The notes under the pieces: model-generated
What the model was told of the DNA's origin: nothing
The model's database searches: none
What the model saw: only the letters and a program-made list of their open reading frames with translations
Made by a program: the position numbers and the translations under genes
In this document: piece by piece, positions 1-8,108 of the stretch
Layout: the number at the start of each line of letters is the position of its first letter
Numbering within the stretch: the first letter of the stretch is position 1
Assembly (NCBI GenBank): GCA_046538755.1
Contig: JBKHIH010000018.1
Coordinates: forward strand, 1 to 48,405
DNA length: 48,405 nucleotides
Source: Thiohalospira sp.
GTDB taxonomy: Bacteria > Bacteroidota > Bacteroidia > Bacteroidales > UBA12077
Direction: 5' to 3'

Positions 1-2
1 AC

Positions 3-1589
3 AAATGGAATAACTTGCAACTACGACGTTATGGTGGTGATTTGCAAGGAGTATTAGATAAGTTAGATTATCTAAAATCTTTAGGAATAACAGCTATTTA
101 TTTTAATCCTTTAAATGATTCTCCATCATTACATAAATATGACCCAAGGCATTGGAGGCATATCGATAGAAATTTTGGGCCTAACCCAAAAGAAGATATA
201 AAAATAATTGAAAGTGAAAATCCTGTTGATCCTGCAACTTGGAAATGGACAAATGCAGATAAATTATTTTTAAAAGTAATTGAGGAATGCCATAACCGTG
301 GAATAAAAGTAATTATGGATTATTCATGGAATCATACAGGTAAAGAATTTTGGGCTTTTAAAGATGTGATAGAAAATGGAAGAGATTCGGAATTTGCCGA
401 TTGGTACGAAATAGAAAGTTTTGATGATCCGGATACGAAAGAGAATGAATTTAAATATAGTGGATGGGCTGGCGTTCAGATTATGCCCGAAATTAAGAAA
501 GATATTATTGGAACACACGAAGATATTCCTTTAAAAGGGAATTTGCATAGCGAATCTGTTAAACAGCATATTTTTAATATTACTAAACGATGGCTTGACC
601 CAAATAATGATGGAGATCCATCAGATGGAGTGGATGGTTACCGTTTAGATGTTGCAGAAAAAGTACCTGTTGGATTTTGGCGTGAATATCGGAAAGTAGT
701 TAAAGAGGTTAATCCTGAAGCCTATTTGATTGGCGAAATCTGGTGGAAATCCTGGCCAGATGAGTTATTATTACCTCATTATTACCTGAAAGGTGATATG
801 TTTGATGCGGTAATGCACTACCATTGGTACAGGCCTGCCAGAAATTATTTTGCTGCTGCTCCAAAACCAATGAAAACCAGTGAGTTTGTAAAAGCATTAA
901 AAAATGAGTTTGAGCAAATTAGTATGGATCATATGCAAGCCATGATGAACTTAACGGCAAGTCATGATGCACCCAGAACCTCTACCTCATTATATAACAA
1001 CGGAAGGTATAAGTATAAAACCAAACCCTGGGAAAATGAAGATTATAAAATTGATAAACCAGATGAGCATACACGCAAAATCCAGAAGATGTTGTTAATG
1101 CATCAATATACATATATTGGAGCTCCTCATATCTGGTATGGCGACGAAGTGGGAATGTGGGGAGCTGACGACCCTTGTACCAGAAAACCTATGGTGTGGC
1201 CGGATATTGAATATGAAGATGAAATAACCCATCCTTTTAATAAACCCAGGAAAAGGGATGAAGTAAAACAAGATACCACTTTGTTGAATTTCTATAAAAA
1301 GTTAATTCAGATAAGGAATAATAACCCTGTATTAGTATATGGCAATATAGATTTTGTTTTGGTTGATGACATTAATCGTACACTAGCTTATAGCCGTTAT
1401 AATGATTCAACCGAAATTATTGCAGCTTTTAATAAAAATGATACTAAAAAAATACTCAAAATTCCCGTAAAAAAAGATGGCACATTTGTTAATGCGTTAA
1501 ATAAAAATCAGGTTTTTGCTACTAACAATGGATTAATTGATATTGAGTTGTATCCAACAAAAGCTATAATTTTAATTTATCAGAATTAA
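3..1589 (+). CDS. GH13 alpha-amylase-family glycoside hydrolase (neopullulanase/cyclomaltodextrinase-like). The 5' end is truncated by the window edge.
   Basis: The reading frame is open from position 3. GH13 catalytic-domain motifs are present (GGDLQG, GIKVIMDYSWNHTG, GYRLDVAEKVP, EIW, SHDAPR). No upstream start lies inside the window. Confidence 0.85.
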   Translation, partial: KWNNLQLRRYGGDLQGVLDKLDYLKSLGITAIYFNPLNDSPSLHKYDPRHWRHIDRNFGPNPKEDIKIIESENPVDPATWKWTNADKLFLKVIEECHNRGIKVIMDYSWNHTGKEFWAFKDVIENGRDSEFADWYEIESFDDPDTKENEFKYSGWAGVQIMPEIKKDIIGTHEDIPLKGNLHSESVKQHIFNITKRWLDPNNDGDPSDGVDGYRLDVAEKVPVGFWREYRKVVKEVNPEAYLIGEIWWKSWPDELLLPHYYLKGDMFDAVMHYHWYRPARNYFAAAPKPMKTSEFVKALKNEFEQISMDHMQAMMNLTASHDAPRTSTSLYNNGRYKYKTKPWENEDYKIDKPDEHTRKIQKMLLMHQYTYIGAPHIWYGDEVGMWGADDPCTRKPMVWPDIEYEDEITHPFNKPRKRDEVKQDTTLLNFYKKLIQIRNNNPVLVYGNIDFVLVDDINRTLAYSRYNDSTEIIAAFNKNDTKKILKIPVKKDGTFVNALNKNQVFATNNGLIDIELYPTKAIILIYQN

Positions 1590-1613
1590 TTTTTATATCA
1601 ACACTATGTAAAC

Positions 1614-4400
1614 ATGTTAATAAAAAAGAGTTTTTTATTTATTTTATTTATTTTTTTATTTGGTTTAGCAGCCCTTTCACAAGTTGTTACAACCGAACCC
1701 GAATTTCCTACAGCCGACGATGCCGTTACGGTATACTTCGATGCTACCCAGGGAAATCAGGAGTTGATGGATTATGATGGCGATATTTATGCTCATACCG
1801 GAGTTATTACCGAAAATAGCAGTAACTCTGGCGACTGGAAATATGTCATTGCAGGATGGTCGGAAAATACCGATAAGGCAAAACTAACCAAAATTTCTGC
1901 CAACTACTATAAACTGGAAATTGATCCGAGTATTAATGATTTTTACGAAGTAGCTGAAGATGAGGTGATTTTAAAACTGGCCTTCGTGTTCAGAAATTCT
2001 GATGGTTCTAAGGTTGGTAGAGAAACTGACGGTAGCGACATTTTTGTTAATGTGTACGAACCGGGTTTGAGTATTAATATAACTTCTCCAACAGATGATA
2101 TGATTATCCTACCTGGAGATACTGTGAGTATCGAGGCTTCTTCAAATGAATCCGATTCAATGTTTCTGTGGATCGATGAGGTACTAATTGAAAAGGATTC
2201 AGGTACATCCATTAATTATGAGCATATTGAAAATACCGATGGATTGCATAAAATAATGATTGCTGCAGAGAATTCCGAAGAAACAGTTTATGATTCGGTT
2301 TTCTATTTTGTTCGCGGCGATAATAATGTTGCTGAACTCCCTGCTGGTTGGAAGAAAGGAATTAATTACTTAGCTGATGATTCTGTAGGATTGGTATTGT
2401 TTGCACCATATAAAGAATTTGTTTTTGTTATTGGTGATTTTACCGATTGGCGCATTCAAGAAGATTTTATGATGAATATTACACCCGATGGGGAGTATTA
2501 CTGGTTAGGTGTTGGGGATTTAACACCTCAACAAGAATATATTTTTCAGTATTATATTGATGGCGAATTGCTTATAGCTGACCCTTATACCGAAAAAACA
2601 AGCGATCCCAACGATAAATATATTCCATCTTCGACTTATCCCAATTTAATAGAATATCCTGCATCAAAAACAAAGCATATAGCATCAGTGTTACAAACCG
2701 GTCAAGAAGAATATCAATGGGTGAATACCGGTTTTGAAAAGCCTGCAAAAGAAAATTTAATCATTTATGAATTGCTCTTACGTGATTTTCTCGATGCACA
2801 CGATTATAAAACTTTAATCGATACTTTAGATTACCTGGATAATTTAGGAGTTAATGCTATCGAACTGATGCCGGTTAATGAATTTGAAGGCAATGAAAGT
2901 TGGGGCTATAATCCGAGTTTTTATTTTGCTCCCGACAAATATTATGGCCCTAAAGAAGATTTAAAAGCCTTTGTTGATTCATGTCATGGCCGCGGAATAG
3001 CGGTAATTATCGATATGGTTCTGAATCATTCGTACGGACAATCACCTTTAGTTAGAATGTATTTTGATCCCGACGCTGGCGATTATGGCCAGCCAACTGA
3101 AGAAAACCCTTGGTATAACACTCAATCACCTAACTCAACATATTCGTGGGGATTTGATTTTAACCACGAGAGTGAATATACAAAAGAATTTGTTGATTCG
3201 GTGAATAGGTTTTGGTTAGAAAATTATAAAATAGATGGGTTCAGATTCGATTTTACCAAGGGTTTTACAAATACTCCCGGAGATGGATGGAATTATGACC
3301 AATCAAGAATTGATATACTTGAACGAATGTCCATAAAAATATGGGATGTAAATCCTGATGCTTATATTATTTTAGAGCATCTTGCAGATAATTCTGAGGA
3401 AAAAGTTTTAGCAGAACTTGATATGATGCTATGGGGGAATATGAATCATGAATATAGCGAAGCTGCCATGGGATATTCTTCTGATATTGATGGTGTTTCT
3501 TATAAAAGCCGCGGCTGGCCTGTACCCCATTTGGTAGGTTATATGGAAAGCCACGACGAAGAGCGGTTAATGTTTAAAAATTTAAATAGCGGAAATTCAT
3601 ATTCAGGTTATGATATTAAAGATTTAAAAACAGCATTGAAACGTATTGAACTGGCTGCTAACTTTTTTATTCCGTTACCAGGCCCTAAAATGATTTGGCA
3701 ATTTGGAGAGTTGGGATATGATATTTCTATTGATTACGATTGCAGAGTATGTAATAAACCAATTCTTTGGGAATATTATAATCATAAAGATCGATATCGG
3801 TTATATCAAATTTATAGTACTCTTAATCATTTGAAAAAAGAATATAATGTTTTTCAAACTTCTGATTACTCTATGGATCAGGATGGTATGTTAAAATCAA
3901 TTAATTTATATAGTGATGATTTAAACGTAGTTATTATAGGAAATTTTGATGTTACAACGTTATATATAGAAGCAAATTTCCCTGAAACTGGTGAATGGTA
4001 TGAATTTTATTCAGGAGATACAATCAATATTAATCATACCAATGAAATGATAAGTTTGAAAGCTGGTGAATATCGGTTATATACTGATGAAAAACTGGAA
4101 CAACCTGATTTTCTAACAAATAATAAAAATAATCCTATTTTTAATTCTAATTTAATTAATAATTTACCAGTTTTTCCAAATCCTTCATCGAACAATTTTT
4201 ATTTTGATGTAGCTGATATAAACAGGGAAATAAAGACTTTTAAAGTATATAATTCCCAGGGTCAATTGGTTAAATATGTTCAGGTAAATCCTGATGATAA
4301 ACTGATTGAAGTTGACTTAACTGATTATAACAGCGGTTTGTATTTTTATGAAATTGTTGCAGGGAATGAAAAATATACCGGGCGCATCTTAAAACAATAA
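1614..4400 (+). CDS. Secreted multidomain GH13 (pullulanase/alpha-amylase-like) with a CBM48/E-set domain and a C-terminal T9SS (Por) sorting domain
   Basis: N-terminal signal peptide (LFILFIFLFGLAALSQ). CBM48-like segment (FAPYKEFVFVIGDFTDWR...). GH13 catalytic motifs (GVNAIELMPV, VIIDMVLNHS, GFRFDFTKG, YMESHDE). C-terminal ~80 aa (LPVFPNPSSNNFYFD...GLYFYEIVAGNEKYTGRILKQ) is typical of the T9SS CTD (TIGR04183). Confidence 0.85.
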   Translation: MLIKKSFLFILFIFLFGLAALSQVVTTEPEFPTADDAVTVYFDATQGNQELMDYDGDIYAHTGVITENSSNSGDWKYVIAGWSENTDKAKLTKISANYYKLEIDPSINDFYEVAEDEVILKLAFVFRNSDGSKVGRETDGSDIFVNVYEPGLSINITSPTDDMIILPGDTVSIEASSNESDSMFLWIDEVLIEKDSGTSINYEHIENTDGLHKIMIAAENSEETVYDSVFYFVRGDNNVAELPAGWKKGINYLADDSVGLVLFAPYKEFVFVIGDFTDWRIQEDFMMNITPDGEYYWLGVGDLTPQQEYIFQYYIDGELLIADPYTEKTSDPNDKYIPSSTYPNLIEYPASKTKHIASVLQTGQEEYQWVNTGFEKPAKENLIIYELLLRDFLDAHDYKTLIDTLDYLDNLGVNAIELMPVNEFEGNESWGYNPSFYFAPDKYYGPKEDLKAFVDSCHGRGIAVIIDMVLNHSYGQSPLVRMYFDPDAGDYGQPTEENPWYNTQSPNSTYSWGFDFNHESEYTKEFVDSVNRFWLENYKIDGFRFDFTKGFTNTPGDGWNYDQSRIDILERMSIKIWDVNPDAYIILEHLADNSEEKVLAELDMMLWGNMNHEYSEAAMGYSSDIDGVSYKSRGWPVPHLVGYMESHDEERLMFKNLNSGNSYSGYDIKDLKTALKRIELAANFFIPLPGPKMIWQFGELGYDISIDYDCRVCNKPILWEYYNHKDRYRLYQIYSTLNHLKKEYNVFQTSDYSMDQDGMLKSINLYSDDLNVVIIGNFDVTTLYIEANFPETGEWYEFYSGDTININHTNEMISLKAGEYRLYTDEKLEQPDFLTNNKNNPIFNSNLINNLPVFPNPSSNNFYFDVADINREIKTFKVYNSQGQLVKYVQVNPDDKLIEVDLTDYNSGLYFYEIVAGNEKYTGRILKQ

Positions 4401-4418
4401 GCAATAAAACCAAAAAGC

Positions 4419-5006
4419 ATGATTAGCTTTACCAATTTATTAATTATTTTTATTTCAATAACCTTTGGGTTTTTGCTGGCTTCCTGGCGGTTAAATAAAA
4501 AACTAGCTAAATATAAAACTTTATCTATCTCCGATGATCTGGGCGTTTTTAATCATCGTGAGTTGAATTCAAAAATTAAATTTTTATTACAAAAACCTGA
4601 TGTTGAGCATTTTGTTTTAATGCTGTTGGATATCGATTTTTTTAAAAATTATAACAACCAGTATGGTTATTCAAAAGCAGATCATATATTGCAAGACTTT
4701 GTAAATCTTACCAAAGGGTACATCCGTAAAACCGATTTTTTTTTCAGGTATAAAAATGGCGATGAGTTTGCATTAATTTTTAATAATATTGGTGTTGAAC
4801 AGGCCCAGGAAATTGGTAACCGGCTACGAAGGGTAATTGCTTACCATCCTTTTCAAATTGATGATAAGCTTGTAAACCTTACCATTAGCATGGGAATTAC
4901 CACTTCGTTTAAAGGTGATACACCCGAACAAATTAAGCAAAGGGCAGAGGAAGCTCTATTAGAAGCAAAACATTCGAAAAATACAGTAGTTTTAATTGAA
5001 GAATAG
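4419..5006 (+). CDS. Membrane-anchored GGDEF-domain protein with a degenerate NGDEF signature
   Basis: One N-terminal TM helix. GGDEF-domain landmarks (DLGVFNHREL, LLDIDFFKNYNNQYGY, RYKNGDEFALIF, ISMGITT). The first Gly of GGDEF is replaced by Asn. Confidence 0.7.
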   Translation: MISFTNLLIIFISITFGFLLASWRLNKKLAKYKTLSISDDLGVFNHRELNSKIKFLLQKPDVEHFVLMLLDIDFFKNYNNQYGYSKADHILQDFVNLTKGYIRKTDFFFRYKNGDEFALIFNNIGVEQAQEIGNRLRRVIAYHPFQIDDKLVNLTISMGITTSFKGDTPEQIKQRAEEALLEAKHSKNTVVLIEE

Positions 5007-5022
5007 TATTCCTTTTTTATAA

Positions 5023-5209
5023 AAAACGAGGCTGTCCAAAAAGTAGTCATTCCGAATGCTGACAGTTATCGTCAGCATGAAGGAATCTTTAAATTTCAAT
5101 GGTCTGATAATAAAAAGATTACCTGCCTGCTGCAGGCAGGCTTCTTCTCCCGATAGCCATCGGGGTCATCGTAATGACGTTGCTTTTTTCTTTTTGGACA
5201 GCCTCGTTT
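5023..5209. repeat. Complex palindromic intergenic repeat element, probable bidirectional terminator, between convergent genes
   Basis: Perfect 20-bp terminal inverted repeat (AAAACGAGGCTGTCCAAAAAG / CTTTTTGGACAGCCTCGTTT) flanked by an A-run and a T-run. Internal hairpins: GCTGACAGTTATCGTCAGC, CCTGCCTGCTGCAGGCAGG and TCCCGATAGCCATCGGGG. The core is shared with the element at 7931-8096. Confidence 0.75.
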
Positions 5210-5228
5210 CTGTTTTAAAGAATAGCTC

Positions 5229-6611
5229 TTATTTATTCCTGTAAACTCTATAATCCCAGGGGGCCATTGTATATTTTGTTGTGATTTGTTCCTCTGAAAA
5301 TAGTTCAAACAACTGATTGCTGTTCAGTTTATTTACAAACTCAAATTCAACTTCATCATCCGATAAATTCAGAATTGTAATAACCTGATGTTCATCTTTT
5401 TCTCTCGAAAAAGCAAAAATATGTTCCTCTGCAGAAGTTTCTATTCTTTCCATTGTACCTCCAAACTCGCCATTCCATAAAGCTTTATTATTTTTCTTAA
5501 GCGTAAGTAAAGCCTTGTAAAATTCAAACATCGAGCAGTCTTTTTCCCAGTTGATGGTATCCTTTTCAAAAAAACTTAGTTGTTTATCCAAACAAGCTTC
5601 CTGCCCGCTGTAAATTAGGGGCATTCCCGGTAGAGTAGTTGAAAGTACTGCAAACGCTTCGGTTGCTTCGCCCAATCTTTCATTTACTGTACCTTTCCAT
5701 GTATTTTCGTCATGGTTGCTTGTAAACATCATACGATAATCAGAGGTGTTGTATTTTGTTTTTTCTTTTTCTAATTGATTAACCAGATCTTCCATATCTT
5801 TTTTACCCTGAGCCATCTCGTTCCATAAAAAGTGTAAATCCCAGGCATAGGTCATGTCAAAGGCAAATTCGTGCAGCTCGGGTTCATTGGCTTCGGCAAG
5901 CATAAATACCGGTTTAATTTTATCAAGTTCGTATCGGGCATTATTCCAAAAATCGGTAGGTACCATTCCTGCAACATCGCATCTGTATCCATCAATATTA
6001 AAATCTTTTACCCAATAAATCAGGGCATCTGTCATATACTTGCGAACTTCAGGTACATCGTAGTTTAAATCAGCCACATCTGACCAATCTTCAACAGGGG
6101 CAATTATCTCTCCCTCTTCATTTTTAGAATACCATTCGGGATGATCATAAATAAGTTGATTATCCCAGGCAGTATGGTTTGCTACCCAGTCGATAATAAC
6201 ATACATTCCCAATTCATGAATCTGGTTTACTAAATTCTTAAAATCCTCTTCGGTACCGAATTCTGGATTTATGCCAAAATAATCTTTTACAGAATAATAG
6301 CTACCCATCGAACCTTTTCGGTTTTTTTCTCCAATAGGATGAATAGGCATGAGCCATAAAATATCTACACCTAACTCTTTTAATCTGGGCAAATGTTCGG
6401 CAAAAGCATTAAAAGTTCCTTCAGGTGTATATTGCCGTATATTTACTTCGTAGATATTTGCATTTTTACTCCATTCTGGATGCTTAACTTCTTGATAATT
6501 AATGATTTTTTGTTCGTTATTTGCCTCGTTTTTACATCCGATAAAAGCTATAAGTGCTAAGAGTATTAAAATCAATGATTTACGCATTAAGTGGGCTGGT
6601 TTTGTTTTCAT
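5229..6611 (-). CDS. GH13 alpha-amylase, predicted lipoprotein
   Basis: Lipobox (LIAFIGC). GH13 motifs (GVDILWLMPIHP, VIIDWVANHTAWD, GYRCDVAGMVP, LAEANE, FTSNHDE). Confidence 0.85.
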   Translation of the reverse strand: MKTKPAHLMRKSLILILLALIAFIGCKNEANNEQKIINYQEVKHPEWSKNANIYEVNIRQYTPEGTFNAFAEHLPRLKELGVDILWLMPIHPIGEKNRKGSMGSYYSVKDYFGINPEFGTEEDFKNLVNQIHELGMYVIIDWVANHTAWDNQLIYDHPEWYSKNEEGEIIAPVEDWSDVADLNYDVPEVRKYMTDALIYWVKDFNIDGYRCDVAGMVPTDFWNNARYELDKIKPVFMLAEANEPELHEFAFDMTYAWDLHFLWNEMAQGKKDMEDLVNQLEKEKTKYNTSDYRMMFTSNHDENTWKGTVNERLGEATEAFAVLSTTLPGMPLIYSGQEACLDKQLSFFEKDTINWEKDCSMFEFYKALLTLKKNNKALWNGEFGGTMERIETSAEEHIFAFSREKDEHQVITILNLSDDEVEFEFVNKLNSNQLFELFSEEQITTKYTMAPWDYRVYRNK

Positions 6612-6814
6612 GTTAAATTAATTTGAATTTTTACAATATATAGTTTATTAAATTGTGATATATCAAGGGTTTTTGTTACATTTACAGGTTAATGTTTTTA
6701 GATTTTAAAGATACGAAAATTTAAAAACAAATATGTATGAAAAGTAGACTAATTAAGGAAAGTAAAAACATTTTTCTTTTCAATTCATAAAAATATTAAT
6801 CTATAAAAAATATA

Positions 6815-7915
6815 ATGCTAATGAAAAGAGTTTTAGTTGCAACAGCAGGTGGAGATTGTCCGGGTTTAAATGCCGTAATAAGGGCAATTGTCAAACGGGC
6901 ATCACAAGAACATGATTGGGAAGTTTTAGGTAGTATACAAGCTTTTAATGGTGTACTTTGGGAACCGTCCGAAATAAGAATCCTTGATGAAAAAGCTGTT
7001 GCGGGAATTCATTTCCAGGGAGGAACAATAATTGAAACCACAAATAAAGGAGGCCCTTTTGCCTGGCCTATAAAAGATAAAGACGGAAAATGGACTACTG
7101 CTGATCGTTCCGAGGAGATGATAAGAAAGTTGATGTATATGGGTGTTGATGCAGTAATTAACATAGGAGGAGATGGTTCTCAACAAATTTCACAGGCATT
7201 GTACGAAAAAGGGTTAAATATTATTGGAGTACCCAAAACGATTGATAATGATTTATCAGCGACAGATTCAACTTTTGGTTTTCAAACTGCCGTTCAGATC
7301 GCTACCGAAGCTGTTGATAAATTAGTAACTACCGCTGCAAGTCATAACAGGGTAATGATTCTTGAAGTAATGGGAAGAAATGCGGGGTGGATCGCTATGA
7401 ATGCAGCAGTGGCTGGTGGTGCAGAGATTTGTTTGATTCCCGAAATTCCGTATGACATTAATAAAGTTTTAGATAAAATTAATAAACGATTTATTCGCGA
7501 CCGTGGCTTTACAATTATTGTTATTGCCGAGGGTGCACGAGCCATAGGAAAAGATATTTCAAAAGTTGAGACCAATGAAGTAGGCTATAAGAATGTAAAA
7601 CTTGCCGGAGCCGCTTCACGGCTCGAACAGGAATTAAAAGAAGCCGGATTAAAGCACGATGTAAGAAAAGCGGTACTTGGGCACATTCAGCGTGGTGGTG
7701 TACCTATCGCTTACGACAGAGTGCTGGCTACGCAATTTGGTGTACATGCATTTCAAATGGTTTTAGAAGCTAAGTTCGGAGAAATGGTTTCTTACCAGCA
7801 TCCGCATATTACTTCGGTACCTTTTAAAGATGCCATTAAAAAACCAAATTTTGTTACGCTTGACACTGCTTTGATGCGAAATGCAAGGGGTGTAGGAATC
7901 AGTTTTGGCGATTAG
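6815..7915 (+). CDS. pfkA: ATP-dependent 6-phosphofructokinase
   Basis: PfkA family motifs (GGDCPGLNAVIRA, IGGDGSQ, PKTIDNDL, MGRNAG). The GGDGS signature favours ATP over PPi dependence. Confidence 0.85.
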   Translation: MLMKRVLVATAGGDCPGLNAVIRAIVKRASQEHDWEVLGSIQAFNGVLWEPSEIRILDEKAVAGIHFQGGTIIETTNKGGPFAWPIKDKDGKWTTADRSEEMIRKLMYMGVDAVINIGGDGSQQISQALYEKGLNIIGVPKTIDNDLSATDSTFGFQTAVQIATEAVDKLVTTAASHNRVMILEVMGRNAGWIAMNAAVAGGAEICLIPEIPYDINKVLDKINKRFIRDRGFTIIVIAEGARAIGKDISKVETNEVGYKNVKLAGAASRLEQELKEAGLKHDVRKAVLGHIQRGGVPIAYDRVLATQFGVHAFQMVLEAKFGEMVSYQHPHITSVPFKDAIKKPNFVTLDTALMRNARGVGISFGD

Positions 7916-7930
7916 TTGGCAAAAAGATAA

Positions 7931-8096
7931 AAAAAAGATGGTGTCTAAAAAGGATTACAAGTGTCATTGCGATCCCGATAACTATCGGGAGAAGCAATCT
8001 ATATTTATTGATTATCAGCAGATTGCTTCACTCTCCCGATATCAATCGGGATCGTTCGCAATGACTTTTTCCTGGCTTTTTAGACACCATCTTTTT
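7931..8096. repeat. Long near-perfect palindromic repeat, probable bidirectional terminator, between convergent pfkA and a GH13 gene
   Basis: Terminal inverted repeat (AAAAAAGATGGTGTCTAAAAAG / CTTTTTAGACACCATCTTTTTT). Its ~35-bp arms (GTCATTGCGATCCCGATAACTATCGGGAGAAG and its near-perfect reverse complement) share the core with the element at 5023-5209. Confidence 0.75.
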
Positions 8097-8108
8097 TGTT
8101 GTATTTCG

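Noticed and set aside
324-4400. Minus-strand ORFs of 60-100 aa inside the GH13 genes (e.g. 324-518, 709-897, 1943-2212)
   Set aside because: They are antisense to strongly supported glycoside hydrolase CDSs and have no recognisable domains. These are typical shadow ORFs of an AT-rich genome.
5056-5308. Two short ORFs (62 aa on + and 70 aa on -) lying inside the 5.0-kb palindromic repeat
   Set aside because: They are entirely contained in the hairpin-rich repeat element. Their Cys/Arg-rich translations are what reading a GC-rich palindrome in either direction produces, and no RBS or start context supports them.
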